DNA of 63,224 nucleotides, filler included, from Octopus bimaculoides (lineage: Eukaryota): the NCBI RefSeq assembly GCF_001194135.2. It is 3 parts of 3 records of this genome, joined end to end, with 100 filler letters (N's around TTAATTAATTAA, not from the genome) between each part and the next. Parts side by side here need not be neighbours in the genome. Positions count along the whole stretch, not along the records: positions 46,905 to 63,224 come from NC_068992.1; 2 more parts are not named here. The stretch is one strand, 5' to 3'. A model generated the notes under the pieces. It worked only from the letters and a program-made list of their open reading frames with translations, had not been told where the DNA came from and did no database searches. The position numbers and the translations under genes are program-made. This document shows positions 57,770 to 63,224 of the stretch, piece after piece. Every line of letters begins with the position of its first letter. Position 1 is the first letter of the stretch.

Positions 57770-60360
57770 ACACCTAGAACAGAGAAGCTCATTGTATGCA
57801 TTCCTTGGGGGTACGTCCTAAATCCTGTCATTATTTTTCTTGCTTTTCTGTCTATTTTGGTTAGTTCATTTAGTGTCCTGTTGAGGATATTGTAGCTGTA
57901 ACTTATAACTGGGACGGCTAGAGTGTTGATGCCTATAATCTTGTTTTTCGCATTGAGCTCTGTTTTCAGTATTAATCCAACTCGACTATAGTATCCTTTT
58001 TTATTTTCTCTTTCATTTGTGTGTGTTGTATCGTACCCAGTTCATTGATTCCTAAATATTTGTATGTCTGGCTTTGGTCTAATTCTCTTATTTCATTTGC
58101 TTTATCTAGTATGATGTTGCTACTCTTAACTAGTTTTCTTCTTTTCAAGGTTGCTTTGGCACATTTTTCTAAGCCAAATTTCATATTTATTTCTTTGGTA
58201 AATCCATGTACTGTTTGTAGTAATGTTTCCAGTTGTTTATCACTTGTAGCGTACAGTTTTTGGTCATCCATATATAAGAGATGGCTGATTGTTTTGCCGT
58301 AACAGTTGTATCCGCATCCAGTTCCCTTTAGCATGTCAGATAAGGGTGTCAGTGCCAAGCAGAAAAGGATTGGAGAGAGCGTGTCTCACTGGTATATATC
58401 TCTCTTCTAATGGGGATGGCTTTGGTTTTTATGAGTCCCTCTTTTGTTTGGAGATGTAGCACTGTCTTCCATTTTTTTCGTTGAGTGTCTTATGTAATTT
58501 AAGATTATTAGTGCTACCTTGTTCATGGCTAGTGTTTCTAGGATCCATGTGTGGGGGATGCTATCAAAACCCCTTGCAGTATCCCTTCTGCTCTTCTGGA
58601 AACAGGTTGTTTTCTTTCAGTTGCTTGCTCAATCTCTGCGATATTATTGCAGTAAAGGCTTTATAAATTGTAGGGAGACAAGTTATTGGGTTTGCCGTTT
58701 CAGTGGATTTGGGAATTACGATAGTTTTCCCTTTCGTGAGCTATTCAGGTATTGTCTCTGGCTCTGCTAGTATGTCATTAAATTTTTCAGCCAGCTTTTT
58801 GTGTGTTCCTGTCAGATATTTTAACCAAAAGTTGAGGATCTTATCGTGCCCAGGAGCCTTCCAGTTGCTTAGTTTTTTCAGTGCCTGGGTGACCTCTTTA
58901 GTTGTTATAGGGGCCCAGAGTTGTTCAGGTGCTAAGTTCGTTGTTTTGATAGCCCTTTTATGAGGTTCTTCCTTCGTCGACCATATTTCTCTTGGTGCTG
59001 CATTGATGTCTATTTTATTTTTCCAAGTGCTTGGTAGAATGTTTTGGGGTGGGAGTTGAACTGTTTGTTTTGTTCAAAGAAACGTTGGCATTTCTCATAC
59101 CGGCGAATCCTTTGTGCTTTGGCAAGGATATCTTGCTTTAGCTGGTCTTTTACCTCAGATAACCCTTTTTCTGTAATGTTGTAATTGAACAGTATTTTTG
59201 TATTCTTCTTGTTGCTTAGTAGTGTTGATTGTCTACTAGTTTCGTTAAGAATTGACAGATCTTTTCTCTTGTTTTCTCTTTTTTCTGGATATTATTTATC
59301 CACAGGGTTTGTTTGGGTGGTGGTACCCCTGTTTGGATGGGTTTGAGAGAGTATCTAGCTTCTTTTGTGGCCATAGTGGCTGCTCATATATTATGTCATT
59401 TAGCTCGGTGATATTGACATTTGTTTCTGTGGCTATTAGTTCTGTGACGGCCTGGTTAATGCTATTTATTAATGATGTTGTTTTATTATCTATTCTAATT
59501 TTTGGGAGGTACAATCGGTGGTCCATACTGAGATCTGTGGCTTTCAGTTCTTTGATTATGCTCATTTTTAGAGTATCATAATCATTAGGTTCCCCTTCAC
59601 TGTTTCCAGATTCTAGATTTGTTTCGCCTTCCTTCCCGTTCATATGTTTTTCTGTAGTGTTCTGTTTTGATGCTTTTTGCACATCATTATACATTCCTAC
59701 GGTCTGGGTTTGTTGTCTTTTGTTATTTACTTCGCTTTTGTTGGAAATGTTACGTCTGTCTTCGTGTTTTACTGTCTCAGTGCTTATATTATTTGGCATT
59801 AATGTGTGGCTGCTAACTACATTTTACTGATGTATTTTTCTTTTTGAATGTTCTATTTCTATTTCTGATATTTTCTTTGCTTTGAGTATAAATCTTCGTA
59901 TGTTTATTAGGCTTCATTGCTGTATCCAAGTCTTTATTTAAGTTATTTTTCTTCCCGATTTTATATGTATATGCTGTGGTGTTTTCGTTGTTTGAGTAGA
60001 GCTCTGCTGTAAAATAATCGTGCAGTTCATTTCTGGTGTTAAATTGTTTCGCACGTGTAGTTTTTCGTACTTTTTGTGTAACAAGTTTAAAATGCGTACT
60101 TCCTGATTGTTATTCTTGTGCTGAATAATACCGTTTTATTTAATTTATTTGTAATTTTTTTGTACATGGTGTTTTGGGACGGAGATGGTCTAGTGTTCAT
60201 GGATCGTAATGTACCAAGCGTGTTTACATGTGCTGTGGAGCAGTGGAGATGATATCCAGATAATACATCATGGAGATAATACATCATTTCATTTGGAAAA
60301 TAGAAATAAATTTCAATTAGTATTTCTTACTCGGATATAGTCCAACCCTTTGTCAGCTAT
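57770..60360 (-). pseudogene. R4/Dong-like RLE LINE copy A: 5' region and RT, 3'-truncated, multiple stops
   Basis: KLSNWKAPGHDKILNFWLK, EEQKGYCKG, FDSIPHTWI, DTLSPILFCLALTP, ISHLLYMDD, MKFGLEKCAK and YKYLGINE. The N-terminal region is in ORF 59296-59799. Confidence 0.9.
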
Positions 60361-60392
60361 TTTTGGCTCCATGAAGATGTCTTTATTCCCGA

Positions 60393-60563
60393 TTCTTCTT
60401 CTTCTTCTTCTTCTTCTTCTTCTTCTTCTTCTTCTTCTTCTTCTTCTTCTTCTTCTTCTTCTTCTTCTTCTTCTTCTTCTTCTTCTTCTTCTTCTTCTTC
60501 TTCTTCTTCTTCTTCTTCATTTATTATTATTATTATTATTATTAGTAGTAGTAGTAGTGGTAA

Positions 60564-60601
<38 letters not shown>

Positions 60602-60652
60602 TTTTCATCATCGTCGTCCTCCTCCTCCTCCTCCTCCTCATCATCATCATCA

Positions 60653-60686
<34 letters not shown>

Positions 60687-60687
60687 C
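60393..60687. repeat. Compound trinucleotide microsatellite (TTC)-(ATT)-(AGT)-(TCC)-(TCA)-(ATT)
   Basis: Directly visible; sits at the 5' end of R4 copy A. Confidence 0.95.
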
Positions 60688-60857
60688 TGGCACGAGGCTT
60701 TACAGTTGATCCGACTAACAGAACAGTTTGCTCATGAAATTAACGTGCATGTGGCTGAGCACTCCACGGACACGTGTACACTTAACTTAGTCCTCAAGGA
60801 AATTGAGCGTGATACAGAGTGTGACAAGGCTGACCCTTTGAAATACAGGCACTACTC
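60688..60857 (-). mobile_element. Family A SINE 3' body
   Basis: CAGTTGATCCG...GAAATTAACGTGCATGTGGCTGAGCACTCCAC...GTGTGACAAGGCTGACCCTTTGAAATACAGG. Confidence 0.85.
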
Positions 60858-61014
60858 GTTTTTGTTGGTTCGTTACATACTCTGTTTAGATCCCACCGAT
60901 ATCACCTTTGCCTTTCGTTACTCCTGGAACGATAAAATAAAGTATCAGTCAATACTAGGGTTGTTTTAATTAACTCACTTCTTACTCTCAAAATTGCTGG
61001 TCTTATGACTAAAT

Positions 61015-62630
61015 GGGAAACAATTATTGATTAGCCCTGTTATATTTTGAGTGCTTTCAGTGCACTAATGAGCACTGTTCGTTGTGCTTTGGGTATGTGT
61101 GGCGTTTCGTTTCGAATTCATTGCTTCTATCGTATTGAAAGTACATTCTGCAATATACGTGAAGTAGTGAGAAGTATTATTTTCTATCTGTTCTACAAAT
61201 ATGTAAATTCTGAGGTTTTAGTTATGTATTTGCTTATTATTGAGGAACCTGTAAATATAGTGATCGTTTCTATTTTCTGCCTTCACATTCATGTTATCTC
61301 TATTGTCATATCTATATTTGGATAATTCTTCCATTTTATCATCTGAAGAGACTAATTAATTAGGGGGCACTTCTTTCCTTGACGTCTTTGATAACATTAT
61401 AATAGATTAACCTTGACTTTCCTGGCTTCTGTGTCATACCCTGAGACATTTTTGATGTATGCCTTTACCATCTTTATTCACTGTTGGTATTTATGTCGTC
61501 AATAATGACGACATATTCCAATGTATGTGAGTCCCAGCTCTATCATTTTGTTTCTGGTTTTGGCTAAAACTAGCCACATTGTGGATAAATGCTTCTTTTT
61601 CATTTTCACATGTTCTGAGGTTACTGTAGTCTACTTCAACACATGCTTTTGGTGGCTTCTGGTGGGAAGGCTTTGTTTCTGTGGCACAATGAAGAATTTT
61701 TTTTTCTCAGTTTTTTCTTTGCCTCCTTCCATCCCGGTCTGCTGTTTTAGGTACTGGCCGTGTAAGTGCTACTTGCCATCGTTTTATCATAGCATTCTAT
61801 ATCCCCACTTTTAGCTTACATTTTAGCCATTTTACAATTTCTATTGTTGGTTCCGCTTTTTCTACTGAAGTGTTTGTTATTCAAGATTTTATTTAGTTTT
61901 TGTTGACTTCCTTGCAAACAGAAAATGAACTTTAGTTTCTTTGCGTTTTGTGGAAGCTTCTCTTCTCGATTCTTTGAAGCGTAATGGTTATATAAATTTC
62001 CCATTTCTTTACAGTTCTCTGCATTTTTATTGTACTCTACAAGGTCTTTTGTATAGCATGGGTTGGGTAGTCAAGGACAAACAAGACGGTGCTCCATTCT
62101 ATGGTGTTTTTCCACAGTCATAGGTAGTTGAACCGGTTTTGTAGTTGCATGTGACCAAAGCAACTTTTTATTGTCCCATTCAACAACTCGAAGCCAAATT
62201 GCAGAAGCTATTTCTATTAGTTTTCCATTATTCTTTATATTATATATTTTTGTAGTCTTACAATAGTTATTTTATATTAGGTTTCTAATTACATAATACC
62301 GGAATCCAGGACTGAGGAATGCTATTAAAAGCTTCCCAAGTCATGTAGAAACCCTTCTTTCTCTTCATGTAGCATTCGGTATACTTTTGTTATTAGCGTT
62401 TGATCTTTGTAGTTAATTAATCTGTGCAGCCTTTCCAGTATTATACTTATCTTAACTTGTTTTCCCAGATGTTTATTCATTCTCTAATATTGCAGTTTAA
62501 AGCTCTGTAGGTTGTAGACGAGCGGATAATTGGTCAGTAGGTTTTTTTTGTTCTTTGCGTTTTAGTTTTGAGTATTAAGTACGTCTGGGTGGATGAATAA
62601 GTTGCTGCACGAGTTGAGCGGTCTGACAGG
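61015..62630 (-). pseudogene. R4/Dong-like RLE LINE copy B: older, RT core deleted, 3' end present
   Basis: Decayed NYKDQTLITK, EAFNSIPQSWI, MIKRWQ...GQYL, NDRAGTHIHWN and KIILLTTSRILQNVLSIR*, plus a 3' UTR homologous to 6556-6663. Confidence 0.7.
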
Positions 62631-63111
62631 GTATAAAAAACGGCACGTCTGTTGATGCCATCATGTCAAGTGTTTGGTCGTTTGTAACAAAACTAAAATG
62701 GTGAGTTAAGGATCTACGTTTAAGTCATAAAGTTTTACAAATATAACAACATGAATCATTCGTTATAATGTCCTATTACACAAACCTTTTGCCAAATTAA
62801 TATTAACCAAAATAACTCTATTCTGAATAATCATTATCATGCACGTTCATATGCACACAGATACAGATATGGAAACACTCTTTCACCCACTTACACACAT
62901 GCAGCACACGCGTGCTATGGTACACAATATACCATGACATCCCCTAACATACATTTATAAAATAACTTTGCGCAGTCTTTCGTTCGGTTGCCTCAGACTT
63001 AATGAGTTTCGATTTTCTTTAGTATAAATATCTATTTCTCAAAGTTTCCACAGTAGCTTGACTACGGAAGTTATTCATAAACTATTGTTTTAATACAATG
63101 ACTAAGTCTCT

Positions 63112-63162
<51 letters not shown>

Positions 63163-63224
63163 ATATATATATATGAGAGGGAGAAAATAAAAGACTTAGT
63201 TATTGTATTATATATATGTATATA

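Noticed and set aside
60350-60709. Poly-Leu / poly-Glu ORFs
   Set aside because: Translation of a compound trinucleotide microsatellite.

Overview
AT-rich animal genomic DNA from a gappy scaffold with many N-runs and two artificial TTAATTAATTAA linkers. It is saturated with microsatellites and old transposable elements. The SINE families and the microsatellite load point to an octopus genome; this is my inference from recognising the repeats, not from a search. There is no rRNA, true tRNA, CRISPR array or long intact host ORF, and almost all of the ORF track is microsatellite or gap noise. Retroelements: at least four tRNA-headed SINE families in dozens of copies, some built from swapped modules; five remnants of RLE-type (R4/Dong-like) LINEs; an internally deleted RTE ending in three C2H2 fingers; and Tx1/L1, CR1 and Penelope fragments. 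DNA elements: two mariner (D,D34D-type) remnants, hAT MITEs with 8-bp target-site duplications (TSDs), other MITEs, a 91-bp Helitron and a Helentron-type HINE. The best host-gene candidate is a small spliced plus-strand gene (32099-32113, 43172-43355, 45479-45507) giving a 75-aa protein I do not recognise; several other exon-like islands are weaker. I did not find a convincing new multi-gene system. The most unusual signals are back-to-back and chimeric retroelement junctions, the triple-zinc-finger RTE, modular SINE shuffling and inverted repeat pairs that could be ADAR substrates. Many repeat boundaries are approximate, read by eye.
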